The translations under genes were made by a program, and so were the position numbers. 64,000 nucleotides of DNA from Takakia lepidozioides (Eukaryota; Plantae; Bryophyta). Shown one piece after another: positions 50,801 through 61,654 of this stretch (the first letter of the stretch is position 1; the number at the start of each line of letters is the position of its first letter). The notes beneath the pieces are model-generated. The model was not told the origin of the DNA, made no database searches, and saw only the letters and a program-made list of their open reading frames with translations. Location: the NCBI GenBank assembly GCA_030704615.1, contig CM060731.1, positions 89,528,001-89,592,000 on the forward strand, written 5' to 3'.

Positions 50801-52700
50801 TGAAATCATTTAATCTAACCCAACTAAAGCTTGGAGGGTTTTTAGAAGAGCTCGATTCTGGGTCCCCACCAACTCATGTTTCTTGTGTGTCTTGGCATCA
50901 ATCATGCCAGAGCAGAAATAGTGAGTCATGTGTTCTTTTTTTTGTAACCCACAAGCCATAAACAAGCTGTATATAATATGTAATTACAGGAATCATATCC
51001 AGAGCCTAGTTTAGCCCTGATGACATCAGGTTACTTACCTTAGCAAATTGTATGCAAGGTACAAAAAACACAAATGGAGTTCAGAAAGCCACAGATGTTC
51101 CATAGTATGAGTACATAAAGGCATACAGGGCCTTAGAACAAACAAATGCAATGCTATGTCATATCAAAACCAGCCATAGCCAGAAAGATCAAACAAACAA
51201 CAGTCTTTTTTGTAATCATACAATCCAGAGCCATGCTGGTAAGTATGATGTTAATCATTCTTTGGTCATCAAGCAACAGAAGAGGCTTTTCTTCAAACAC
51301 CAGGACCTGGTTTAGGTCTGGGGTCATTATGTTACCACCCTAACAAGGTGTTTGCAAGTAAAAAAGACGTTTTAATGAAGTTCAGAAAGGCTATAGTGCC
51401 AATACATGTTCAAACCCCAATGTTACACAGGTTTTGAAGTCATAACATCTGAAAAAAAGGCTGTGTTGCCAGATATCAGAGCAGCTGATATCTTCAATCC
51501 AACCCAACCTTTTGGAACCAAGAGTCTATAAAGCTAGTACATGTTTTTCTAAAAAAACAAAAGCTTGCTTTTAGAAGAGTAATTATGGGTCCCCACCAGT
51601 CCATGTTTCTTGTGGAGCAGAAACAATGAGTCATGTGTTCTTTTATTGTAACCCAAAAGCCATAAACACAACTGTATACAATCTGTAATTACAGAGTGAC
51701 ATGAAGAGGTAGCAGGTTACTTATCTTAGCAGATTGTATGCAAGGTAAAAAAAGGAAAGGGGGTTCAGAAAGCCACAGAGGTTCCATAGATTGAGCACAT
51801 AAAGGCATACATGGCTTAGTATAAACCAGATGCGAGCTCTGGCCTCTCCCCTACCGTGTTGCTTGAAAGTGTACATATCAGAGTAGCAAATCGTGCTCTA
51901 AGCATGAAAAAAGAGCATATATTTGGTCTGGAAACCCTACTTCTAGTACCATATTTCAATGCAGCGGAAATCATAACCCAGAGTCCTTAATAGAATTCAT
52001 GTGTTCTAAAAAGGCTCACTAATGCACTTGCTGCTTCAACACAAAGATAAAGGTTGTAAGCATATCCAGATTGGTCAAGGTAGGGAGGCAAAAATGAGAC
52101 ATCTCCCTGGATAATCAGCTGATGTCGATGTCACTTCACTTGCAGATTTGTCATCAGATTCAAGCTTCAAAAATCACATTAAGTGAGGACCCTCACCTGG
52201 TCCCATCACAAGCCCCCACAAGAACCAACAGGTTAGTGAGAATTGTGGAACCCCAGGTGAATCGGGTCTCACGCTTGTTATCGCTGTACAACATGAATTC
52301 TAAAGTAAGAATCAATTCTAAACACAAGCAGGGTTATCCACAATCTTAATCGATTGCGGAAGAGGATTCGACATCGCTCCAAGCACTTGACAATCAACAG
52401 CACAAACAAGCAATGGTTTGCTGAAATCTATGCGCATTTTAACAGGTGAAGAAACCCCCTGAGTTTTTATGAGCAGTGCTGAAACTTAATGATCCAGAGA
52501 GGATCTACAAGCAATCGGGCAGCCTAAGGTAGATTGCCCGCCAAGGGACCATACTGAGGGAATTGAAGCACTCCCGCCGTTACGCATCCCAAGGGAGATG
52601 AGAAAGGACTGGAATCTTGCCAGAGTACTTGTAAGCAGCATTGAAGCGTCTCCATAGCCATCAAAATCATAAAATTTATGCTAAGAGATCCCTCTAACAC
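47820..52700 (-). repeat. Two further diverged tandem copies (about 47820-49530 and 49875-52700) of the unit that forms the inverted repeat
   Basis: Shared blocks such as GAAGATATA(C)..GACATGGACA(A/G)GACC, AAGTGA(A/G)GACCCTCACCTG and CGCATCCC. GA/C-rich linkers lie between units. The last copy has an internal duplication (about 50470-51150 vs 51170-51830). Confidence 0.75.
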
Positions 52701-52789
52701 TATCACTTCATCTCCCGTAGAAATATAAATATCTAAAATGTCCTAGTTAACTAGAAGTAGGTAATTCTAGATAACCATGACTAAAACCA

Positions 52790-55700
52790 TGACAGCTGTT
52801 GTGCACCTAAGCATCGTGCCACAACATACATCGCTATCCACCACACAATCTAAGCACACAATCCTAGAAAACTATACCACAATCGCCGCCCTTGCCGGTG
52901 ATTAGATCCCTCTAACACCAGATAGCTCACAAGTATCCATCCCAATAAGATCATCGCTTGGTCATCAATCGCCCAAGTCCCACTATCTAAAGTCAATAGA
53001 TCAAGAGGCCGGGTGCAGAAGTAGCCCCATCGTTACTCGTCTTCCTCCAATCCATGGCTTCAATTGGGTGTCATGGCATCGAACTCCCGTTAGCTAGACC
53101 TTGGATCACTTGTCAACCTCGCCACTGTCATGCCCCACTACCTCTGTCCCAAGGCATCGTGGACATAACCATTCTCCACTAGGAACCTCCTCAAGTGGCT
53201 GTGTCAAACATCCCATGTGCCACCCCCTTGAGCATTTGTCACACACCAACATGGTCGCGGCACCACCAGCATGCCCACATAGCATGCAATGCAACCCTGA
53301 AGGTACCACTGCAAGGTTGGGATCTATCATCCCATCCACATGTGGAAGGTGACATGGCACACATTGTTGCACATGGTCCTTCCATACCATGCCATCTCGA
53401 CCCTCCGGAATCAACACTCCTGAAGGCAACACCTCCCGGACCCTTAGAATCACACGACCTGCTGTGACATCCCAAGGTCGTAAGCGCTGTCTGTTGCAGA
53501 TACACATAGTCCCCAAGATGGAAACGCCAAACACCTGGCTGGTATACCCCTCCACGTATAATGACGTACCTCAATGTGTCTCGGTGTTGGGCAATAGCAA
53601 GGTTCTCAAAAGCCATAGGCATGACTATCTTGAACAACTCTGCCCGTTGGGCACATGCTTGTGTCCACACATCCGGATCATCACAAGTTTGAGGACTACT
53701 GCAGTCTCCCTACGAATAGATGTAGGCAAATCTGGCTCTCGGCCAAAGAGAAGGAAATAAGGCGAGAACGAGGCAAGTGATGCTTGCTTGCTAAACCTGT
53801 AAACTATGGCCAACCAAGGTAGCTGAAGGTCCCAATCTCTCAAGTGTCCCTTCTGCAAGCCATACTTGCGCAAGCCTCTCGCTGACTGTTTGCACAACCC
53901 TCTTGGCCAAGCCATCAGCCTTGGGATGATCCCGAGAAGTAGTGCGGTGATCTATCAAGGCTCGCTCACACAAAGCCTGAAACTCCTGAACTCCCCCAAG
54001 AACTCTCTCCCCTGGTCCGTGAGTACCTCGGCTGGAGCACCAAATTGGTTAACACTCAATCTAAGAATGCATACGCAACCCCCTTCACTTGCCTTTCTCA
54101 GGCAATGCCACCAGTTCAATCCATTTGGAAATGTTCCACCATCACCAGCACATACTTGTTATGGTGAATCGTTAGTAGCAATGGGTCTGCGAATTCGAGA
54201 CTCCAACGATAGCCCAAACCCATAATGGGTAAATGATGCAATTGTGGAGTAGGTGCATTGAAAGAAGCCTGCACTCTATCACACACCATGCACCTTGCCA
54301 TTAACTGTTTCACATCCGTGTGCATGCCCCGCCACCAATACTGTCCTTGTAGCAAACTATGAGTGCGCCGCACCCCAAAATGACATCCCACCTCCTCATG
54401 GGCATGGCGTACCAATCGCGCTCGTTGTGTTGGAAGAGGCACATCCTCACTCCATCCCTCCCCCATACTCGGTGGTGAGTTCGGTCCCCTCCCCGCTTGA
54501 ACCTCTTGGCTCGTTGTAGGATCCGATCTCTCTCCTTAGCAGTCACACTTGACCATCCTCTCACCTCCATCACCCGGATCGTAATCTCATCGCAGCCATC
54601 GCTCATCTTGTTATTTCCTTAAAACAAACAGTCCATCGTATCAAAGTTAGATCACACACTGGCATCACTGGCAATGAGGCCGCTGACCTCCTCGCCCAAC
54701 AAAGAGCTGCTCAACCACCAGTGGAACCCTCGCCGGATCCTATACATGTCGCGCATACCCACCCTTTCTGGTTCATCCACCCTGTTCCAGGCCCACCAGA
54801 CCCTCAACCGGTTCGTAATCTCTCAACCACTCTTACCCGAGAAACTAGCAAATAAGCCTCAACCTCTGTCAGCCATAATAAGCTGCACATCCAGAAATGG
54901 ACGCAGTCTTTGGTCCTCCACCATAGATTATCTAACCACTTTTGGTACACCAAAACCACAAACAGATGCGCAAACAAACCCTCAAATTTCGGTATGCCCA
55001 ATACATGGGCCACCAGCGTAAACACATTTTTTGGCCCCACCTCTTCACATCCCCAAACTGCCCGTTATGTGCTCACACCCACTCGGCCCGAGACACCTGG
55101 CCCCCACCTCCAGCCAATGTACTCACCCCACCATCCACGGCCTTCGAGTCACCCGACAGAACCAGGCCGTTTGGCACATACATAAACTCCTATTACGTCG
55201 GCCTGAAACTCGGTGGTTCTCACTTATTAATGTCGGCACCTATCCTGGCTACTCCCATGCTCCTGCCGACCACCCACATCATGTAAATGCCCTGCCATAC
55301 TATGCCCAGACATACTACTAGTTTTGGGGTTGCCTGTCAATTCCCCGCCTCCTCACGCCCCCTCTCCAAATCTTACAATACATTTTATTGAGTTCACTTA
55401 TTGTAATGACCAGTACCCCAGCTCTTCTACGCTTGAAAACCGCCAGAAATACGCTCCACTCCTTCTTGCACTTCGCCGCCGAGGATGGTCAATCGGCCCT
55501 CTGACCGTTATTACAGCCGGTACAAGAGGCGGCATCCACAATGCTAGCATCTCTGCTCTCCACACAAACTTCGGCATCCCTATACCCCCCATTCACAAAT
55601 GCTTTAAAGCAGTCCACCTAACTGCACTTCGTTCCCTCACTACCATTATCACCAACAAACGACAGCTTGAATCCACTCTCTCCGCGGCCCCTAGGCACCA

Positions 55701-56105
55701 TGGGATACCCCTGAGATCCCATATTTCTTAGGCCTTTTGACATCCCGTATACCCCAGGGGCCCCCTGGGTACCTCCCAAACCCCCTCCCCAAACCCCTAT
55801 CTTATGGTTACGGGGTGCCCTCCGGGCACCCACTCGTTTCTATATATGGCCCACCCCCGAAAGGGGGCAGTAGCCGCAAGGCGAAGTGGCTCTTAGTTAC
55901 GTCGGCCTCGGCCGGAGTCATCTCTCTCTCAGTCACACTGGATGTTTCTCTAGTACAAAGGTAGGCCAACCCTGCTGCATCTTCATGTACATCCTTAGCA
56001 CCACCAAGCTCCTCACTGATCTCTGGATCGTCCTGTACACTATCTATGACCAATCGCATGGGATGGACCAGCCCAGTTGGAGGAAAATCAATATTTCGCA
56101 GCGAG
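52790..56105 (-). mobile_element. DNMT/PHD Gypsy family copy 2: end of RNaseH, integrase and PHD, interrupted by a LINE
   Basis: Same peptides as copy 1: DVHEDAA.LAYL.T, VTAKERDRILQRAK, HEEVG.HFG, YWWRGM, HPKADGLA, and an intact PHD CMLCGHAGGAATMLVCDKCSRGWHMGCLTQPLEEVPSGEWLCPRC. Confidence 0.9.
54550..55929 (+). mobile_element. 5'-truncated non-LTR retrotransposon with CCHC knuckle and restriction-like endonuclease (RLE)
   Basis: 10-bp TSD CAGTCACACT at 54540-54549 and 55930-55939, and a (TC)n tail. Peptides CPLC..DTWPH...CTHP..RQNQAV, CPDILLV..IHFIEFTYCND..KYAPLL..GW..ITAGTRG. Stop at 55731. Confidence 0.85.
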
Positions 56106-56652
56106 TTTTCAAAATTTCCCAAAAGTGACCGGACATGATGTGGCCACGTAGCACCTGCAGGTACTGCCCAAATTCCGGGCCAATCGGCGCAAATCTGCCA
56201 AAACGCGCTCGTTGACAGTGGGGCCCAATTTTCCAACATGTGGTAAAAATAAAAGTGTTTTTTTTAGTTTTTCATATTTTGGCTGACGGGATGAACTCTG
56301 TTTCATCCAAAAATTGGAGCACTTCAAGCAGGAGACATCCTCCACGCAACGCAGGAAAAATGGGTGGATTTCGCCTAGTAGGCACCAGGTGGTAGTTGGC
56401 GAAAGTAGGTAGATGTGCACACGACACCTGCAACACGCAGAGAGACCAAACGCGCGAAGCAAGAATTCATGCGTGAAAGAGCATAACTCTGCCCTAACAT
56501 GGAATTTCCCTAATCGGTAAAAGGATCCTGGCGCTCCATTTTGGCCCCCCATTCCATGGCGCAGATTTCACAAAAAACCCCCAAAATCCAAAAAAGTTAT
56601 TAATGTTCAAAGTTTTCAACGGCCCGTTGTGGGCCTAGTGGTCGTTTAAGGG
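56106..56652. mobile_element. One-ended piggyBac-like MITE fragment
   Basis: Ends in TGGTCGTTTAAGGG followed by TTAA. Shares AAAAGTGACCGGACA with the MITE at 23564. The same terminus recurs at 63013-63026, also followed by TTAA. Confidence 0.55.
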
Positions 56653-57299
56653 TTAATCTAATTGGTTTATTTTAGGTGGGTTGAATCATGTCTTTGTGAA
56701 TATAAACATGTGTCATGTATAAAAGGTAATTGTGCCCCGTTTTTTATGTTTAATTTTCCAGGCATGTTGTATTATGCAAACATAATTTTTCCCTAGTTAT
56801 TTTCAGTTCGGCCTTCCTTCTAAGATGGGATTATGTTTTTAATTGGCAAATTGAAGAGCCATTTTTTATTTTGATGGAGGTCCTTATGTTTTTTTTTTCT
56901 TTTGATGTGGACACTAAAATGGCACCTTGCCGAGTGACAACACAAAGCAAATTCATGCATTACTGAAGATTTTTGTTATACGATTTATTTGTTAATGAAT
57001 TGTAGTCTTACTAATGATTTATGTTTGTCCCCAGACTCCCCACAGCATGATAAAACAACTAATCTACACTCACAAGAAATAATTTGCAAATGTCTGACAC
57101 AATCCAAAATTGATCCACCACTAGTCTAATCCAATTGTCACTCCAACATTTATAAAGAATAAAAGTTTTCATCTATTCAAACATTATGCAATCTGATAGA
57201 TTGGAAATATTCCATCTTCCATTTCAAAATCTTAGGTAGTAACTATTAATTCAAATAAATTATAAATGACACTAGCAAGTAAGTTTAAGCATAAACCAT

Positions 57300-57841
57300 T
57301 GTGGAGCTGGGATTCCTTCTCACCTTCCTTTTCGACATGGATGAATGGAGGAGGGATGCACTCCGGATGATTTAGAGATGGACGGAGCCAGGATGAAGTC
57401 TGGATGAACTTACACCTTGCGCATGAGGATGAGCTGGCAACAACTGATGACTTTATTAGGTGTTGTCTTATTCTAACAGCTAGTTTAGGATTAGATTAGG
57501 ATGGATTTGGGTGATCTGGCTTCTTTCTATGGCTATGCTGGAAGGGCATCTGGTGGGCCTATATGTAAGTGCCACGTGGCACTAGGATTAGATTATGACC
57601 TAATACTATTTAAGCCTCACTGCCGTGGCAGTGAGGGTGGTGGCTTTTGGGTCTTACGTGAGTGTACGCTGAGTGTAACGATGTGCTTGAGTGTGTGGAT
57701 GAAAGTGCTTTTGAAGTCCAAGTGAGTTGCGTCCTCTTTGTGAGATTCCGTCTTCTCTGCCAGGCCTATCTATCGACTACATTCCCCAGATAGAATTAAG
57801 TCCGGTAGAGGAAGGGGAACAAGCCCATAGCGCCGGAATCA
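57300..57841 (+). mobile_element. 5' LTR (about 542 bp, TG...CA) of a second LTR retrotransposon family
   Basis: Starts TGTGGAGC after AT-rich flank (the start is less certain) and ends GGAATCA directly before a PBS. A paralogous LTR piece lies at 34664-34905. Confidence 0.8.
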
Positions 57842-57859
57842 TGGTGGAGATGCGGGGTA
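57842..57859 (+). promoter_or_regulatory. Primer binding site complementary to the tRNA-Ala 3' end
   Basis: TGGTGGAGATGCGGGGTA is the reverse complement of the tRNA-Ala end (U)ACCCCGCAUCUCCACCA. Confidence 0.85.
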
Positions 57860-57982
57860 ACTAAAAATCGTTGACAGAGGATTTAGCTCGTACGAAACAC
57901 CTGAGAACAGTAGATTGTGTACGGGGGATCCTGCATGACTGAGGGGAGAGGTAGTGGCAAAATGGCGGCTTGTGTGTCGCGC

Positions 57983-58015
<33 letters not shown>

Positions 58016-58060
58016 CCGCTCGAGCTTTTCTATGTTTTGAGAGTTTTGTAAGTGCGCACT

Positions 58061-58981
58061 ATGGCTTCCAGTTCTGAGCGTGGTTGGTTTGAGCTTGATC
58101 AATTCGAGGTTCCACGCTTGAAACAGACTCAGGTGTTGGAATCTCGCTACATTTGTGAGCTTGCACGCAACCTGTTGCCTGAGCAGCTGGTGTTTGTCGA
58201 TTACCCGGAAGGAGAACCTAATCTACGGCTTGAGCTCCCGCTGGACACGCCCTCGGAGTTCTGGGCCAAGACCTTTGAGGAAACTGCGCACAAAGAGGCT
58301 TGCAAACCCATACACACCAAAGTGGAACAGAGGGAGCAGAGCCGGCGTATTCGCGAGTCTCTTCAGGGAGCCAACGCTGCACGCCTTCTCCTCAAGCTTC
58401 ATTCCAGGGAAGTCACTCTACAAATTCCCCTTGCTAGTGCCAAGGAGCAGTTGGAGAGTGGTGAGAAACTTAGTTGGGCTGTCTTGGGCATTCCACAATT
58501 CTCTGTGAGTCGAGAATTGGGTGTAGAGCTTGAAAGCTTCCTGCCTCCTGACAAGCCGAGCCCTCTACGATTGTAGGAACTGGTTAAAGGAGGTACATCG
58601 ATTCTGCTTGCTAATTTAAGGCCTCGAGTTCCGCCAGCCCCTACCCGGGATCCCACTTGGGAAGAGCTCATCACTAGTATTCTTGACTCTGAGTTCCCTT
58701 TTTGTCCCAGTGATGTGTTGATCTTTCCGGGGATGTGTTTTCGGCATGAAACAATAGGTCTCTACAAGGCCGAAGAAGCCAAGGCATATCCTGCCTATAC
58801 GCTGTTGGTGAAAGAAAAGGTGGTACGCAACATCGTGCGCATGACTTTTTGGCTCAAGGGTGAAGAGGAACTGTGGGCATTCTTGGGAGAAGGAGTGTAC
58901 CTGCTGCACAAGCATCGCTTCATCACAACCTACTGTGTGTCTGGGTGGGATTCGAAGCTCAGTGCCCCTTCGGACAGGTAG
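58061..58981 (+). pseudogene. Extra ORF of unknown function between PBS and gag (about 306 codons, one internal TAG)
   Basis: Track ORFs 58052-58576 and 58715-58981 share a frame. The TAG at 58574 is TGG (LWELV) in the paralogous fragment at about 59395-59572. Confidence 0.65.
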
Positions 58982-59036
58982 CCGTGTACGCCTCTTCTCA
59001 TGCCTGTATTTACAAGAGAGGGAAACATAAGAGACG

Positions 59037-59390
59037 ATGGGACTAAGTGAGTTGGAAAAATGTGTAGCGGAGGAGAGGGAAGAGACAGCAACTAATGAAA
59101 AGAATAACATGGAAATGGGAGAGTCGTCTGGAGATCACAAGGATCCGGCGATTATGCCTCAACCCACATTTGATTTGGATGAGCTGTGTGAAGCCATGGG
59201 GGTGATTTCAAATTGCCCCCCCCCTTATGAAGCTGTTGTTGAAACAAACTGAAGTTCCGGATACTACTCCGCGGAAAACTGATCATGGGGAGCGAATGCA
59301 TAAGCAACAATACCCTGAGTACAACTTAGGGGAGGATTTTGAGTCCTTCTTGGAATTTTTTGAAATCAGCACTGAAGCTTCTTGCCACCA
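59037..59390 (+). pseudogene. Probable gag N-terminal fragment
   Basis: YPEYNLGEDFESFLEFFE resembles Gypsy capsid N-termini. Truncated by a junction. Confidence 0.4.
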
Positions 59391-59572
59391 CACCAACCGA
59401 GTCCAGTCAGGCTCTGGGAGTTAGTCCGAGGAGGGAGCTCTCTTGTTTTGGCCAATCTACGCCCTCTCTGGAAACCTGAGCACAATGTCGAGTTGTCTTG
59501 GGAGGATCATGTAGCGGGCCTTCCAGTTTCTTGTTTTCCACATACTGAGAACGACATCCTCATCTTTCCTGG

Positions 59573-59935
59573 CACTACTACGTTTAGCGGGGTTTAGCGA
59601 CGCCGGGACCCCGAGCACGCCGGACGCGACGACCCTCCTTCGACTGCAGCGCCGGGCAAAATTGTCCGAATCCAATGGCGGAATGAACTTGGAGGCTGCA
59701 ATTCCATGGGCAAATCTTGTGAAGGCACATTCCTACGCCGACCCCTTGCTCGCGGAGCGCATGTAGTCGCCCTTGCATGGTTCCGCCTCCACGCAACCGT
59801 CTCCTCCTGTCGTTGCTAAACAAGGTTATTGTATCTTGCCTCCACTCATGTATGGATGGGGTGTTCTTCAGTATGAAACTCATGCGCTTGGTTAATCACC
59901 ATGATGGGTAATTTTACCCTCTTTGAATTTTTGGG
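59573..59935 (-). mobile_element. Internally deleted derivative of CACTA family B
   Basis: Terminus CACTACTACGTTTA matches 34906 and is fused after about 90 bp to sequence matching the transposase at 37260-37527. Confidence 0.85.
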
Positions 59936-59939
59936 TTTC

Positions 59940-60207
59940 GGCACCATTTTCCTAGGTTGGGCCCGAAAATGGCTAAGTCCCAAAACTGACTGGGCGCGGA
60001 ACTAGAAAAATGGCGCCGAATTTCCGGTTGCGGTTCTAGCCACCCTAGGGACTTAGCCATTTTCGGGGCCCCGAACTGGAAAAATGGCGCCATTTTTCCA
60101 GTTCGGGGCCAAAAATGGCTAAGTCCCAGATCTGACAGGGCGCGGAACTGGAAAAATGGCGCCGAATTTCCGGTTGCGGTTCCAGCCACCCTAGGGACTT
60201 AGCCATA
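59940..60207. repeat. Nested palindromic/tandem repeat block
   Basis: Two units of about 100 bp (AAAATGGCTAAGTCCC..GGGACTTAGCCAT) flank a perfect 44-bp palindrome at 60067-60110. Confidence 0.85.
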
Positions 60208-60220
60208 TGGGAAAACTGTA

Positions 60221-61648
60221 TTGCTGACCTGCATTGTCACCATGGGTGAACAAATTTTGTTGGGGCTGGATTGGATGAAGGGTGCAAAGGCCAGCATTGA
60301 CATCATGAACAATCTTATGTGCCTTCACAATGGTGAGGGGCAACCTTACAAGGTGAGTCTAAGCCATGTTACTATTTGCCGCTGGGACCTCTATGGCCAA
60401 CTATTCTCGTCTCAAGCTTCAAGCTGAGCAGATGAAGGAGCAGGTGGGTTTACATTATAATTGAGCCAGATTCAGCCAATTCCAACCATTTGGTGATAAT
60501 TTGTACCAATGGCATTTCCCTCCACCAGGTAAGAAGTCTGGACCTCTCCTGCCTGTGGCAAAGAATACCATGTTGCTACATTCTCCAGTTGACTTCAGTA
60601 TCCCTGCTTTTTCTCAGCACATAGTACCTACAGGCTTAGCTTTTGCTTGCCCTACAGGTCATTTCCTTGAGGTTGAAGGCTGGAAAAAACTTACCCTCCA
60701 AAAACACTGTCTGGTTGCTTCTGGGGTTTTAGACAGGGGGATTCAAGGGAGAGGTCAGATTACTGATTGCTAATCCAGAACGTATCAGCATCAGTGTCCG
60801 CAAGGGGTCACGTCCTTGCTAGGCTCACTGCTTCTCCTTTGTTCGAGTTGGGCTCTGTTCAGCAAGGCCTCAGTCTTCATGATATTGGGCTGGTGGACTC
60901 CCCCGTGGACCAACTCCAGGCGTTTGCCTCTCACTCCGGCTGCACTGACAAAGGCATGTTTACTCCCAAACAAGAGCAGCATTTCCAACAGGTCTTAAAA
61001 GATATCAAAGTGGGTGATCATCTTACTTCCCAGCAGATTAATCGCCTGCACCTGTTTCTCCGTGACAATCTCGACATCTTTAGTAAAGGGCTCCATGACT
61101 TAGGCCGCATCACCCTTCTGGATCATGACATCATCACGGATGGTAAGCCTATCAAACAACATGCTTATAGAGAGAGTGTTCATGAGTGCAAAATCATTCA
61201 GGAAGAGATTACCAAGATGCTTGATGCTGGTGTCATCACCCCCTCCATATCCCCTTGGGCAAGTCCCATTGTCTTAGTGGGTAAAAAGGATGGCTCAACC
61301 CGTTTTTGCGTTGACTTTCGGCGTTTAAATGCCATCACAAAGAAAGATGTCTACCCTTTGCCACGCATTAATGAAACGCTAGATCAATTTAATGGGGCCA
61401 CTATCTTCTCTTCATTAGATTTAGCCTCTGGCTTTTGGCAAGTTCTTTTAACTGCTGCTGCTAAGGAGAAAACTGCCTTCACCTGTAGGATGGGCCTCTT
61501 CCAATTTGAAACAATGCCTTTTGGCCTTTGCAATGCCACTGCTACATTTCAGCGCCTTATGGACATTGTTTTAGGAAACCTTCGTTGGGAGTGTGCATTA
61601 GTTTACATTGATGACATCAACATTTATTCTACAACGTTTGATGCTCAT
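60221..61648 (+). pseudogene. Gypsy pol fragment: protease C-terminus, dUTPase-like domain, reverse transcriptase
   Basis: ILLGLDWM (PR). LHSPVDFSIPAFSQHIVPTGLAFACPTG..VASGVLDRG/FKGEVRLLIAN (dUTPase-like). SPWASPIVLV.KKDG..RFCVDFRRLN, LDLASGFWQV, MPFGLCNA and YIDD (RT). Confidence 0.85.
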
Positions 61649-61654
61649 GGATTT

